Origin: Antechinus flavipes | Taxonomy: Eukaryota | Direction: 5' to 3' | Assembly: GCF_016432865.1 (NCBI RefSeq) | Contig: NC_067403.1 | Coordinates: 253,518,001-253,582,000, forward strand | DNA length: 64,000 nt | Shown here: positions 12,399-24,314 of the stretch, piece by piece | How positions within the stretch are numbered: the stretch's first letter is position 1 | Layout of the letters: each line of letters opens with the position of its first letter | The notes under the pieces: model-generated | The model's database searches: none | Seen by the model: only the letters and a program-made list of their open reading frames with translations | What the model was told of the DNA's origin: nothing | Program-made: the position numbers and the translations under genes

Positions 12399-15300
12399 GG
12401 TGGGGGGGAGGGGGAGAATGGTAAGAGGGATTCCCTGAGGAAAGTTTGGGAGGTGGGGGTGGGGCCGGGAGCCCCTCCCCCTTCGGTGGCCCCGCTGAGC
12501 TTAAAGCCGAGCTGGGAGGGCCCCCACTCAGGGTGGTCTCAGCCTGGAACCCGCGCACTTTGGGAGGCCACAGGGGCGCTTCCAGCCTAACTGGGCTCCT
12601 CAGAGGCTTTTACAGGATTCTGGGGCTTCCCAGAACACCAAGGGGTCTAGAACACACAGAGGGCAGGCGTCCCCACTCTAGAACCCCGCGTAGGGACCGT
12701 AGAACGCAATGTCGGCGCTGAGCAGGGCCCCGGCCCCCCCAGACCCTCAGGGTGTCGGAGCCGGGAACCACCGGGGAACGGGGAAGACCGACGGGGGCAG
12801 GTGCCAGAGCTTAGGGGGTGAGAGCCCAGCTGATGGAACCCTCGCTCTCTCTGGGGAAACGAGCCCGAGGGTCTGATGAAGGTCGGGGCCTCCCTGCAGC
12901 TCGGCCCCCAACCTCCTGGGGTTTCTGATTCTGGGGCCGGGAGGAGCCTCGGCCCTGCTCCCTGCCTGTGGCAGCCCGGAATCTGCCCCCCAGGACCTCG
13001 AGGTGCCCCCCGGTCTGCCAGACATCTCAGGCCCCTCGGAGAGGCTCTGGGGTTGCTCGGGGCAGGACCCCTGAGGTCCGGGGGAGGGAGGGGCAAGAGT
13101 TCTTCCAGGCCTTGTGGGGGGGCCACCCAGCCAAGCCCTGCTCTCCGCCTCGGAGCCCAGAGAGGGAAGGGGCTTCTTCAAAGGGGAGCCTGGGGGGCAA
13201 GGGAAGTAAAAGGGGCCTCAGGCAGAGCCTCCCCTTTCCAGCCTCATTTTTCTCTGTCACTGGGAGGGATCCCCCTCGGGCGCCTCCCAGAGTTCCTGAA
13301 ACTCGTGGTTTTTAAAGATGTTTAGATAATTATAAAATCCTTCAGGGGCTGAAGGGAGGATGGAGGAGGAGGGACAGAGTTGAGGCCGACAGGGAGGCCC
13401 TCCAGCAGGGCTTAGAACCATCCAGTGGGCCTGTCTGAGGGGGAGGGGGGAGGAAGGACAAAGGAGAGGGAGGGAGGAGGAAGAGGAGGGAGGAGGAAAG
13501 AGAAACAGAGGGAGGAGGAAGAAGGAAGAAGAGAGGGAGAGAGGAGAAAGAGAAGGCGGGACATGAGGAGGAGAAAAAGGCGGAGGGCATAGTTTGGTTT
13601 TCTTCTGCTTGTCTTGGTAGCCCCAGCTCCCTGGAAACCAAAACACTCTGACTGGGCTTGATTGGCCCCAGAGGGACCCAGGCCAAGCCCCAGGGGGTCA
13701 TTGCTTGGGTCCTGGCTAACTCTGTGAATATCAGCCGTTTCTGGGTTGGCCGGAAGGCCTGAGGAGCTTCCCCTTCCTGATGTACTTTATTTTTGACTCG
13801 GAAAAGGCCGGTCTCTGCCTCAGTCAGACCTCCCCAGGAAGCCCAGGCCTCCCCCTGCAGGGGAAAGTGAGGCCGGGGGTGCCCTCGCCAGCCTCCCTCC
13901 CTCAGATCCAATTCACCCGCAGGGCAGCGGTCCCTCCCCGGTGTCGGCTCCTTTTCCAGAACGAAGGGCAAATGACAACAGATCAGAACCTACGAGCATG
14001 TGGCTGCCCCGGCTTAGTCTGTAACGGGGGAAGGAGCAGTCTTTATTTCAGTAAAGCAAAGGGACCAGAACTGACCTCGGAGCAGGGAAGTCACCGGTCA
14101 GAGCCTCCAGATGCATCTCGCTGCCCCGGGGGTGTTCGCTGGGTACTGCCCGCCGTTAACCACGCCGTTAATTCTGGCTCCATTTACTTGTAACAGGGAG
14201 TGGGGGGACGCTGAAGCCTCCACAATAACAAATAACGAGCCAGAGGATTTGGTAACTAAGGCTCCCAAAGGTTCCACCTGCCCTCCCAGGAGGCCCAGAT
14301 TTTGGCCAACGGCAGCACTTCCACCCGGTAACAAAATGGTCCCTATCCCCTCATTTAAGCAGACGCCCGAGTGCCTGGGAAGGAGCTGGCTGGAAATCCC
14401 GGTGCCGGTTCTGGAGCAGCCGGGGACTGCGGACTGACCCCCCGGGGACCACCGGACACCAGGGACCACCGGACTCCAGCGCCCACCGCCTCACACATGG
14501 GGAGCCCGAGGCCTGTCAGGTAAGGTGGCTGGTCTGAGGTCGTACAAGGAGTCAGTCAGGAACAGTTACTAGGGGCCAAAAAAGGAGATCCCGCCCTCGA
14601 GCGGCTTCCAGGCTAAAGGAGAAAGTAACGGGAAAATTAGGGGAAAACAAGCCTAAAGGAGGGAAGGTGCTTCCTGTGGGAGGTGGGACAGTGGTCGGGA
14701 CTTGAGGGAAGCCAGGAGGGGAAGATGAGGAGGGAGAGCCACCGAGGGAGGACCAGCCACCGAGGGAGGACCGGCTTCCGGAGTCGCTGCTTGGAAGAGT
14801 ACAAGGGGAGTGCCTGAGGGATGGGGAGGAGTACAAGGGGGGCTCTGGGGAAGGGAGACCCAGAATTTGAGCCTGGGCTCTCTGGCTCCAGGTCAGACTC
14901 TTTCCCCTTTGACTCGCTGTCCCTTCCTTTGGCCGCCTCCTCCCCCGAGCCGGAGCAGTGTGATCTTCCATCCCCAGGGCACCAAGGTCACAGAACATCA
15001 TACAGACTGGACCCAGAACCCAGGCTTTGCTGCTTATTGGCGAAGATGCTTCTGGTTCAGTTACTTAGACCCTCTTACCCCTACTTCGGTAAAATGGGAG
15101 ATGGGGTAAAAAAAAGGGGGGGGAACTAATCTGCCCTGAGAAGAAATAAGGGAATGGGCCTTCCAGCCTTCAGGGGTGGGGGCTGTGGGTGGGGAATGGT
15201 CCCTACCCTGTGGGATAGCATCACTGGGTTTAACTGTTGTCTTGTTAACTAGGGAAGACTGGGGGTGGGGGCTTAGGTATCCCCGCAAATGACGTATAAA

Positions 15301-15599
15301 ACCCAAAGCACTAATTAATGGAGGGAAAAAATGAGAGACTATATAATCTCTTAAGTTCCTTCAAACTCCTATCAAGCTTCATGGCAACCTTAGGCCCCGC
15401 TCTTATTTCTGGAACACTTTGGGGTATACCAGACTAGGGGGGACTTTCTGGAAAATTCAGTGAGAAGCAGCCAACCTCACTCACAAGAACTGGCCCCTCC
15501 CTTTTCCTCTGCTCACTCCCCAACCCCTCAGTGGGCTCCCCGGTGACCCCTTCCCAGCCCCACCCCCAAACAGCAGCCAGGAAGGGTGCTCCTCGCTCT

Positions 15600-16980
15600 G
15601 AAGTTTGGGAGAAAACCCCCGCCTCCCCGGAAGAACTTTGAAATACCGCCCAGATAAGATTCCAAAGGAAGGAGAAAAGGTCAGAGAGATTTCTCAAGAG
15701 CTTTCTGATGCAAAGAGAGACTCGGAGCTGGAGAACTATCCACAGCACAGCCTGAGATAGCAGCTCCCGAAGGGGCTAATTTTGAGGAGACTGGCCTGCA
15801 AAATCCTATTCGCCAGTTAGCGGGGACCCTGGAAAGTGTTGGCTTTGATAGCAGAATGGCTCCCGAGGAGGGCGAGAGGGAGAGAAAGATGGACAACAAT
15901 ATCCGCTAAAAATTGTAAAAATCAATTTTTGAAACAAAAAATAAATTGTAAACTGATTAATCTGGGACTGTGCAAAGGCCCAGGGCCATAAGAAGGGTTG
16001 TCCCAATAGTACTGGTGTAGACATGCAGATGAGGATTCGTCAGATGAGAACTGACATGTTTCCACAAATTCAGTCCGTTTGTAAGGAATGGGTGGAGGGG
16101 GAACAAATGGGCCTCAAAGAAAGATGTAAAAGTTGCTGAGGAAGAAAGAGAGAAAAGGATTCTGGTACTTCATATCAACAGAGGTATGATGATCAGAAGA
16201 TCACATTGCCTGAGGAAGGCAACCAGCAGCTAAAGGACGATGTTTGGGTCAAAGGACAACGCCACATTTACCAACATATTCCATGTGGAGCCAAGCTTTG
16301 TCTGGTTTTCAGAAGCTAATATCAACTCTTACCAACAGAACTATAGATAGTACTGATCAGATGGTCAAACATAGATAGTACTGATCAGATTGTCAAAAGG
16401 GTGAAGAAAGTGTGTCATCTTATCACCAGATAACAAAAAAAGGGTCATCTGATCACCAAATTTAAGATAAACTGCCCACAGAATGACCTTCTTTCTTCAA
16501 CTAAATTCTTTGTTGGAAAAACTAAAGCCTAGAAAGAAAGTAAAGGAAGCCGAGGAAATGGATTCAGTAGAGTTGGCAGACTTTGGCCCATCTCAAGAAA
16601 GAAGCCCCTTCCCCCCCCCAAAAAAAAAAGAAAACAAAGAAGCCCCCATGACAATGGAGAGACCTGGGCCAGTGAAGGCCCTTCCTTCGTCGCAGTGCTG
16701 CCTTCTGGTTGTGCTAGAGAGGGAGTGAAGGACAACAGGCATCTTAACACTCAACACGCTCTTGTTTGGTGTGTTTTCAGTTAATGATAAAGCCGGCAAT
16801 GTTAGGTGGTCAACTTTACAGTTTATGATGTTCAAGGTGCAAGATAATCTAACCTCTTGATTGTTTACTTGTAGCAAAGAACTCCTGGGAATTTTTTTTT
16901 TAAAGCACCAGGGACAGCACTGCCACGGGTTCATGCAGCAGTTCAGACCAAGGGTTTGATTCTTAATTGAATAAACGTAC
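15600..16980 (+). pseudogene. DNAJA1: Processed (intronless) pseudogene of DNAJA1 (Hsp40 type A)
   Basis: Hand translation gives collinear fragments: TLKYRPDKIPKEGEKVREISQELSDAK (J-domain, cf. [30 protein letters not shown]); GCPNSTGVDMQMRIRQ..QIQSVCKE..KERCKSC (zinc-finger region); EREKRILVLHINRGM; DDQKITLPEEGNQ; ALSGFQKLISTL; KGHLITKFKINCP; SLLEKLKPRKKVKEAEEMDSVELADFGPSQER. A 3'-UTR-like tract and AATAAA at 16970-16975 follow. Multiple stops and frameshifts, no introns. Confidence 0.9.
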
Positions 16981-17284
16981 TCATGCGCTTATAATTGTCA
17001 GCTCGGAAATGAAAATGTCGGACTTCAACAGGAAAGTTTAAAACAAAACACAGACTTCAGGAAAAAGTGTGGGAGTGTGTGTGGGCGGGGAAGGGGGGGG
17101 TACTTCCAGGAGAAAGGAAGAAACAAAGAAGAGAGAAAGAAAAAGAGGAAGGAAGGAGAGGAAAGAAAAAAGGAAGGAAGAGAAAAAGAATGGAAGGAAG
17201 GAGAAAAAGGAAGGAAGAGAGGAAGGAAGGAAAAAAGAAAGAAAATGAAGAAGAAAGGAACAAAGAGAGGCAGGGAGGAGGAAA

Positions 17285-17695
17285 GAAGTGTTTGAAACAT
17301 TTTATTTTTAAATACACAGAACTGAAGAAAGAACAAAAACAAAGAAAGGAAGGAAGGAAGAGAGGGAGGGAGGAAGAGGAAAGAAGTATTTGAAACATTT
17401 TAGTTTTAAATACCCAGAGAACTGAAGAGAGAAAGAAAAAGGGAGGAAGGGAGGAGGAAGGAAGTCTTTGAAACATTTTATTTTTAAATACACAGAGAAC
17501 TGAAGAAAAGAAAGAACAAAAACGAAGAAGAAAGAAAGGAAGAGAGGCAGGGAGGAGGAAAGAAGTATTATTTGAAACATTTTATTTTTAAATACACAGA
17601 ACTGAAGAAAGAAAGAGAAAGGAAGAAAGGGAGGGAGGGAGGAGGAAGGAAGTCTTTGAAACATTTTATTTTTAAATACACAGAGAACTGAAGAA
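17285..17695. repeat. Compound tandem repeat: five copies of a ~45-bp AT-rich core separated by GA-rich tracts
   Basis: Core gaagt(g/a/c)tttgaaacattttatttttaaatacacag(ag)aactgaag starts at about 17285, 17383, 17461, 17562 and 17649. Confidence 0.9.
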
Positions 17696-20021
17696 AATAC
17701 AAACTAGGACAGTTTTGAAAGTTGCATGTTGAATTTATTAACTCCTTTAAAGGAAAAACAAGCCGTACATAATAGAGATTCACGAATGAGCCCCTTTTCC
17801 TATTCTTTGTGGAGATGCTTATTTATTTAGTGTTAAGGTCAGAATAAAACAAAAGGTTTAAAAGCTTTACTAGCCTCCCACCTCAAACCTTTGGGGATGT
17901 CAGTGAAATTCTTGTTTCCATCTTACAAATGAGGAATCAGAGTCCCAGAAGCAGCCAGATGGGCCATGGAGCTTTGGAATCGAAGATCTGAGGTCAAATA
18001 CTACTTAAGACAGCAAGTCTCATAACTGCTGCCTGCCTCAATTTCCTCAGATGTAAAATGAGTATAATAGTTCCTACAACCCAGCATTGTGGTAAGGATT
18101 AAATGAGATCATAGACGTTAACTACAGTGCTAGGCACATAGTAGGTGCTTAATAAATGCCTGTTCCCTTCCCTTTCCCTTCAGAAAGACCTAAAGATTTG
18201 CCCAAAGTCACAGAGCTCTAAGTATCAGAGCCAGGATTTGCTCCAAGGCACATAGTAGATGCTTAATAAGTGCTCACAAGCAGTACTTGGGGGTCATTTC
18301 TTTTTCCCAATCGGAAATCAGTGAAGCTTAGATCTTCCCAGTTTGACTAAATGCTCAGTCAGCTGGTCCTTCAAGGTCAGGCGGGTCCGGGACCCCTGAG
18401 GCAATCCCATGGGAACCCTTCTCTGAGTAAGGATCTGCTTTTATTTCTAATAAGGAAAGGCTACATTTCAGCTACAATAAAAGATGAGACTCTCTCCCAT
18501 CCAGATGCGCAGACTCCCTGAAATGGAGGAGCCCACGGGGGCCCAGTCCCCGACAATCACCAATCGCGGCTCCATCGCAGTCTGGGGCTCTGGGGAGGGG
18601 GGTGTCTGAGTTAGGGAGCGGTATGGGGAGAGGCTAGCCAAGGCAGGTGCAGCCGGAGGCTTCTGGGAATGGGAGGGGGGCGCTTTGCCATTCCCCAGGG
18701 AGAGGCCTAGAGGTAGGAGTGGGCCCTGGGTGAGAGCAGAAGACTTAGCTCTTGCTCAACTTCAGAATTGACCCTCTGGACCCCAGTCTCTTCATCTCTG
18801 TAAAAAAACAGACTTGTTCTTTCCACCTGCTGATGGAGGTGGAGGGAGGGGCTCCGGAAAGGGCGCTGAGTGCAGGGCTGTGGGATGGCCCAGTCAGCAT
18901 TTATTAAGGAGCTCCGGGTGGCAGGTGTGATGGGCCTTAGCAGGTGACTAATAACCGTTCGCCTAATTGAGCTGTAATCTGGGGCCGTTAGCTCTGGCGA
19001 TTATGGGGTGCTGTGGGGACAGACCAGGTCCCACATAGGGAACCAAAAAAGCTGGCGCGCCGTCGCGCCCATTGTGTGCGACGGGTCACAAGGAACCATA
19101 ATGGCAGCTTGGGTCAAAGTCACTGGGAGATAAGAGTGGGGGAGGAGGCGGGTGGCAGGGCAGCCCCGGGAATATGAACCCCACTTTCTGAGCTGGGCCT
19201 TGGGCACGAAGGACCCTCAGAGCCTCCGGGGTCTGATCCCATTTGGGCCAAGACGATTTTACAAAGGAGGAAACAAGTCCAAAGGCCAAAAGGATTTGCT
19301 CCAGATACAGAGAAATAAAGGGAGCATTTGAGCCCAGGCCCCCAGACTTTGTCTTGCTGGGGTTTCCGTCCTACCCACTGCTCCTCTTCAGCTAGGTTAG
19401 CGGTTGTATACAACTGACATCACATTAACAGAAGAGAGAGCCGGGAGGGCTGGATTGGGATGATCAGAGCTGGATTAGAACCCCGACTCTAACCACCCTC
19501 TCCTTGTGTGGCTTTGGGTAAATCCATCCCTCTGGACCTCTGGATCTTCATCGGTAAAATGAAGGGGTAAGCCCAGCTGTGTCCTTCCCTTCACTCAAGA
19601 AACTTTTATTAAGCACCTACAGTGTGCTAAGCTCTAGAGTCTCAAAGATGAAAACAAAGTAGTCCCTACCTGCGGAGAGCTTCCATTTCATTAGGGGTGT
19701 GGAAAGGGCTGAAGAAGAAAAACAGGGCATAGAAAATCAATTCAAAGGTAGAGAGGGCACTAGGAACAGGGGGCACCATATTCTCTGAGGTAGAGGTGAA
19801 GCCGGAGTGTATTCCAGGCATGGGGGGTGAGGGTGGAGGTAAGGAAGGCAGGGGATGAAATGTTTTATACCAGGATCATGGGATCCTGAGTGTATAGAAT
19901 CAGTGGTGGGATTTGAACTCAGATCCCCTACTTTTAGAACCATGACAGCAAGTTGACCGGGAGAATCATGGAAGGGTAGCCTGGAGCTAGGTGGTCAAGA
20001 GCTTCAAATGACAAGCGAAGG

Positions 20022-20233
20022 GACATCTGGGTACTGCAGTGCAGTGGATAGAGGACCAGCCCTTAATTCAGGAAGATCTGAATTCAAATCTTACTTAATA
20101 GTTTCTAGCTGTGTGACCCCGGGTGAGTCACTTAACCCCAATTACTTCAGCAAAAAAAAAAAAATATGGTAATGTAAAAAAATTACCCAGGCACGGGCTC
20201 TGTCAATAAAAAGTTATTTAAAAAAAAAAAAAA
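20022..20233 (+). mobile_element. Short tRNA-derived marsupial SINE (WSINE1-like) joined to an L1 3' terminus
   Basis: SINE body gcagtggatagag...cacttaaccccaatt-(A)n, then a 55-bp L1 tail and a second (A)n. Flanked by aaatgacaagc(g/a)aagg at 20006-20021 and 20231-20246. Confidence 0.8.
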
Positions 20234-22090
20234 TGACAAGCAAAGGAGTTCAGATTTTATCCTGGAATGAAGAAGGAGTCATTAGAATTTCTCCAGAAAT
20301 GCCACAGTTAAACTTGTGCCTTAAGACATTGTTTAAACAAATATGTCTTCTGGTTGACTTGAATAAATGAAAACATTGATGGGGGCTCGTGACTTTGAAT
20401 GGATGCAATTCACAAAGTGCCTCAAAGCCAAGGTCCTTTTCATGGGAGTCCACTTGTAAAAAGGTGCCTCACCTTCCATTAATTAATGAGCCGTCTGCAG
20501 CTGTTGGATGTGCATATTGCTTTTGAGTTGCTGTATTTTTGGGGCTACCTATAAGTTTGGGGCCTTTCTTTAAATCTAGTGACCCAAGTGTGTTCCCCAA
20601 ATTTCCAGGACCTGGTTGGGAGCCTGGTTGGGCTTGTGCTGGCTCTTGGGGATCCTGGAAAGGATACAGAGAAAGTGGGGTCCGTAGTGAGTAGAGATGA
20701 CAGAGGGAGAGCGAGGTGACCCTTCGGAGGCCTAGGTTCCAAGGAGCAGAAAAGACAAGTTAGCACCTGTGGGCTGTGCGGCTTCTGAATCAATCCCTTT
20801 ACCCCCTTTATTTTCATGTTCCTGAATCAGGTAATTACACATGATTCCTGCCAGTTCTAAGAGGATCCCTGTTGCACTAGTTATTAACTGGGGCGAGTCT
20901 GAGAGGTGAAATTTCTTGACTTTTCAGATTTCTGGTGGAAGCAAACACTCCCTCTTTCCTCGTGGATTTTGGGGAAAACCCTCCCCCTCTCAGGAACAAC
21001 AAGTGATAAATGTAAGGTATCCCAGAGACCACCAGCCAAGCTGTATCTTAGAGCTCACAGACGCCATCATCCCAGGATTCCAGAGGAAGGGGAGGGAATC
21101 GGCAGACAGGGATCACGGATTCAGTGCTGGAAGCAACCTTAGAAGGCCCAACACTTTCATTTTAAAGATGAAGAAGCAGGGCAGAGAATGGAAGTGACTT
21201 GGCCAGTCAGTCAAAAGACATCAAGCACCTACTGTGTGCCATATAAAGGATAAATAGGAAATGTCGGCATTGGCCTTTGGAGGACCACGGTACCACAGGA
21301 TGGTATCTTGTACAAAACTTGGATTTAAGTGAGACACAGCTGCCCAAAAATGTCAGCCTCACTCTCCCAAAAGGGGGTCAGGAAGAGTTGACATGATTAA
21401 AACAAGTTAAAAAATGACAACAAAATTTAAATAAGAAATAATTGGCAGAGAGAAGGCCCTAGAATTAAAAGGGGTTGGGGAAGGCTTTCTGTTGGAAGTG
21501 GGGTTTGGGGTTGGGATTTAAGAGAGCCTTCCAGGCATGGGGAGGAACAGCTAGAAAGAAAGTAAGCTTGGAGCAGAGGGGATGAGAGTCTTATTGGCAG
21601 GATAGCTAGAAAGCAGCTTCACTGAATCTTAGGACATGGGGGGGAGGGTGGTTGTAAGAAGCCTGGGAAGTTAGAAGGTAAGTTATCAAGGGCCTTAGAT
21701 TTCAGGGGAACCAAGAACTTAGATGGGGGGAGGGGAAATCACATCTCTTCAATTATTAAAATAAAATTATTTTCTGAAACAGGAGTTTTCCACCAGATTG
21801 CCAAAGGTTAAGAACTCCCAATGTAGAGAATCTAACAACAACTTGTGCTGAAGGTTCAGAGATGATAGAAGGGATCCACTGGTCATCTCTTCAAATCAAC
21901 ACCCCCAAAGTCTCAGTGACATTATAACCAAAAAAGAGGCCAAAGAAATCCCTGCCCTCCAGAAGCTCACTATCTGGGGAGGAGAAGAAACTTTGAAAGT
22001 CAAAGGCAGGAGTTAAGAAAAACAAAACAAAACAAAATGGTAAACAACTCAATGATAAGAGCAGAAACAAGGATAAAGAATTTCATTCTA

Positions 22091-22458
22091 TTGAACCAGC
22101 TACACCAGCAAAAGAACTCTGGGAGATGACTATGAACCATTACATAGAATTCTCAATCCCTATATTTTTGTCCATCTGCATTTTTGATTTCTTTCACAAG
22201 CTAATAGTACACTATTTCAAAGTTCAATTCTTTCTGTACAGCAAAATAAATTGGACATGTATACTTATTTTGTATTTAATTTATACTTTAACATATTTAA
22301 CATGTATTGGTCAACCTGCCATTGGGGGAGGGGATGGGAGAAGGAGGGGAAAAGTTGGAACAAAAGATTTGGCAATTGTCAGTGCTAAAAAATTACCCAT
22401 GCATATATTTGTAAATAAAAAGCTATAATTAAAAAAAATATATATAGGGGAAAAAAAG
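22091..22458 (+). mobile_element. 5'-truncated L1 (3' UTR only) with target-site duplication
   Basis: L1 3' UTR ending aataaaaagctataatt(A)n. TSD aagaa(t/c)ttcattcta at 22076-22090 and 22459-22473. Confidence 0.85.
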
Positions 22459-23609
22459 AAGAACTTCATTCTAGAATGGAAAGATGAGGCACTTGACTTC
22501 TCTGAAATGGAACCTAGAGAATAGTTCTCTGATGCATTGATGAGCTCCAGAAAAGAATGGAAACAGAGGAAAAGAGGAATATACTGGGAAAGGGGGGAAA
22601 AGAAAAGTTAGGGAAAATTATCTTGCATCGTAAGAGTACAGAAGTAGACATCTAGACAAACGAGATATGGAGGGGGATGAACTGGTCCAAGAAAGGTACA
22701 TACACACACTCACACTCACATACACCCAATAGATGTATAAGGAGGGAACTCAGCCCTGAATATCTCATTTCTCTCCAGGCTGGTCATCTTTGCTATTAGA
22801 TTGTAAGCTCCATGAGGGCAGGGGCTGTCTTTCTTTTTTTTCTAGTTGCATCCCCAGCAAAGCTGCTGCTTAGTATAGTATAGTATTGATTGACAGACAC
22901 ATGATACAAAAGCACATAGGAGAAAAAGGAGAGGGAGCGAGAATTAGAAGGAGGGTCTGTTAAGGGAGAGATTGGTCCTAAGAAAAACAAACTAAGAATG
23001 GGGGGAAACTTGCTTTTTAGCTTTCTTTGAAGTGGGAATATAAAAGGGTATCTATAAATTAGGAGATGGCTGAACAAGTTATGATGTAAAAATATGATGA
23101 AATGCTCTGATGCTGTAAGATATTGTGACATTTCAGAGAAATTTCAGAAGATTAGTACTGATTGATAAAGAGGGAAACAAACAGAGCAAGAACAGTTCCT
23201 AACTATAGGAAAGATGCGCAATTCTGGAAGAATTAGGAACTCTTATCAGCATCATGACCAGTCACATGTATCCCAGTTCCTGATAGGGAAGCCAGGCACT
23301 CTGAGTACAGAAAGGAGACAAATATTTGCTTGGATAAAGCCAAGAAAGAACTGATTTATTGTGTTTTTAACCTAGATTTTGTATTAATTTTGTTTTCAAT
23401 GGGTGAGGATAGGGAGGTGTTGAGTGTAAGCAGATAAACTTTCATAGATTGAAAAAAAATTATATAGTAATAAAAAAAAAGATTGGGGGGAAATATTGTT
23501 GTCCCCTAAAGCTCTACTCCTACCAGCAGCCTTTCATAATCTGTTAAAAAATCTTTCCTACTTCCTTTCAATCACTATTTCAGCAAATACATTAAGTGCT
23601 TATTGTTTA

Positions 23610-24314
23610 GTCAATTATAGCAATCTAGTGTTTGACAAACCCAAAGATCCTAACTTTTGGGATAAGATTTCATTATTTGATAAAAACTGCTGGGATAACT
23701 GGAAATTAGTATGGCAGAAATTAGGCATGGACCCACACTTAACACCATATACCAAGATAAGATAAAATGGGTCCATGACCTAGGCATAAAGAACAAGATT
23801 ATAAATAAATTAGAGGAACATAGGATAGTTTATCTCTCAGACTTGTGGAGGAGAAAGAAATTTGTGACCAAAGATGGACTAGAGACCATTACTGATCACA
23901 AAATAGAAAATTTTGATTATATCAAATTAAAAAGCCTTTGTACAAACAAAACTAATGCAAACAAGATTAGAAGGGAAGCAACAAACTGGGAAAACATCTT
24001 CACAGTTAAAGGTTCTGATAAAGGCCTCATTTCCAAAATCTATAGAGAACTGACTCTAATTTATAAGAAATCAAGCCATTCTGCAATTAATAAATGGTCA
24101 AAGGATATGAACAGACAATTTTCAGAGGATGAAATTGAAACTATTACCACTCATATGAAAGAGTTTTCCAAATCACTAAAATTGAGGGGGTGGAGGGAGG
24201 AAGGGGAAAAATCGGAACAGAAGCTAGTGCAAGGGATAATGTTGTAAAAAAAATTACCTTGGCATGGATTCTGTCAATATAAAGTTATTATAAAATAAAA
24301 TAAAATTTTAAACA
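23610..24314 (+). mobile_element. Truncated, internally deleted L1 (ORF2 fragment fused to the 3' UTR end)
   Basis: ORF 23711-24247 gives L1 ORF2-like text (ENFDYIKLKSLCTNK, GLISKIYREL, INKWSKDMNRQFS). Perfect 16-bp TSD aagtgcttattgttta at 23594-23609 and 24315-24330. Confidence 0.9.

Noticed and set aside
9496-15129. Numerous overlapping Pro/Gly/Arg-rich ORFs upstream of FTH1
   Set aside because: Expected from very high GC content; no recognisable domains, and they are open on both strands.
17285-17695. CRISPR-like repeat/spacer appearance
   Set aside because: Spacers are mutually related GA-rich low-complexity DNA, repeats are not palindromic, there are no cas genes, and the context is mammalian.
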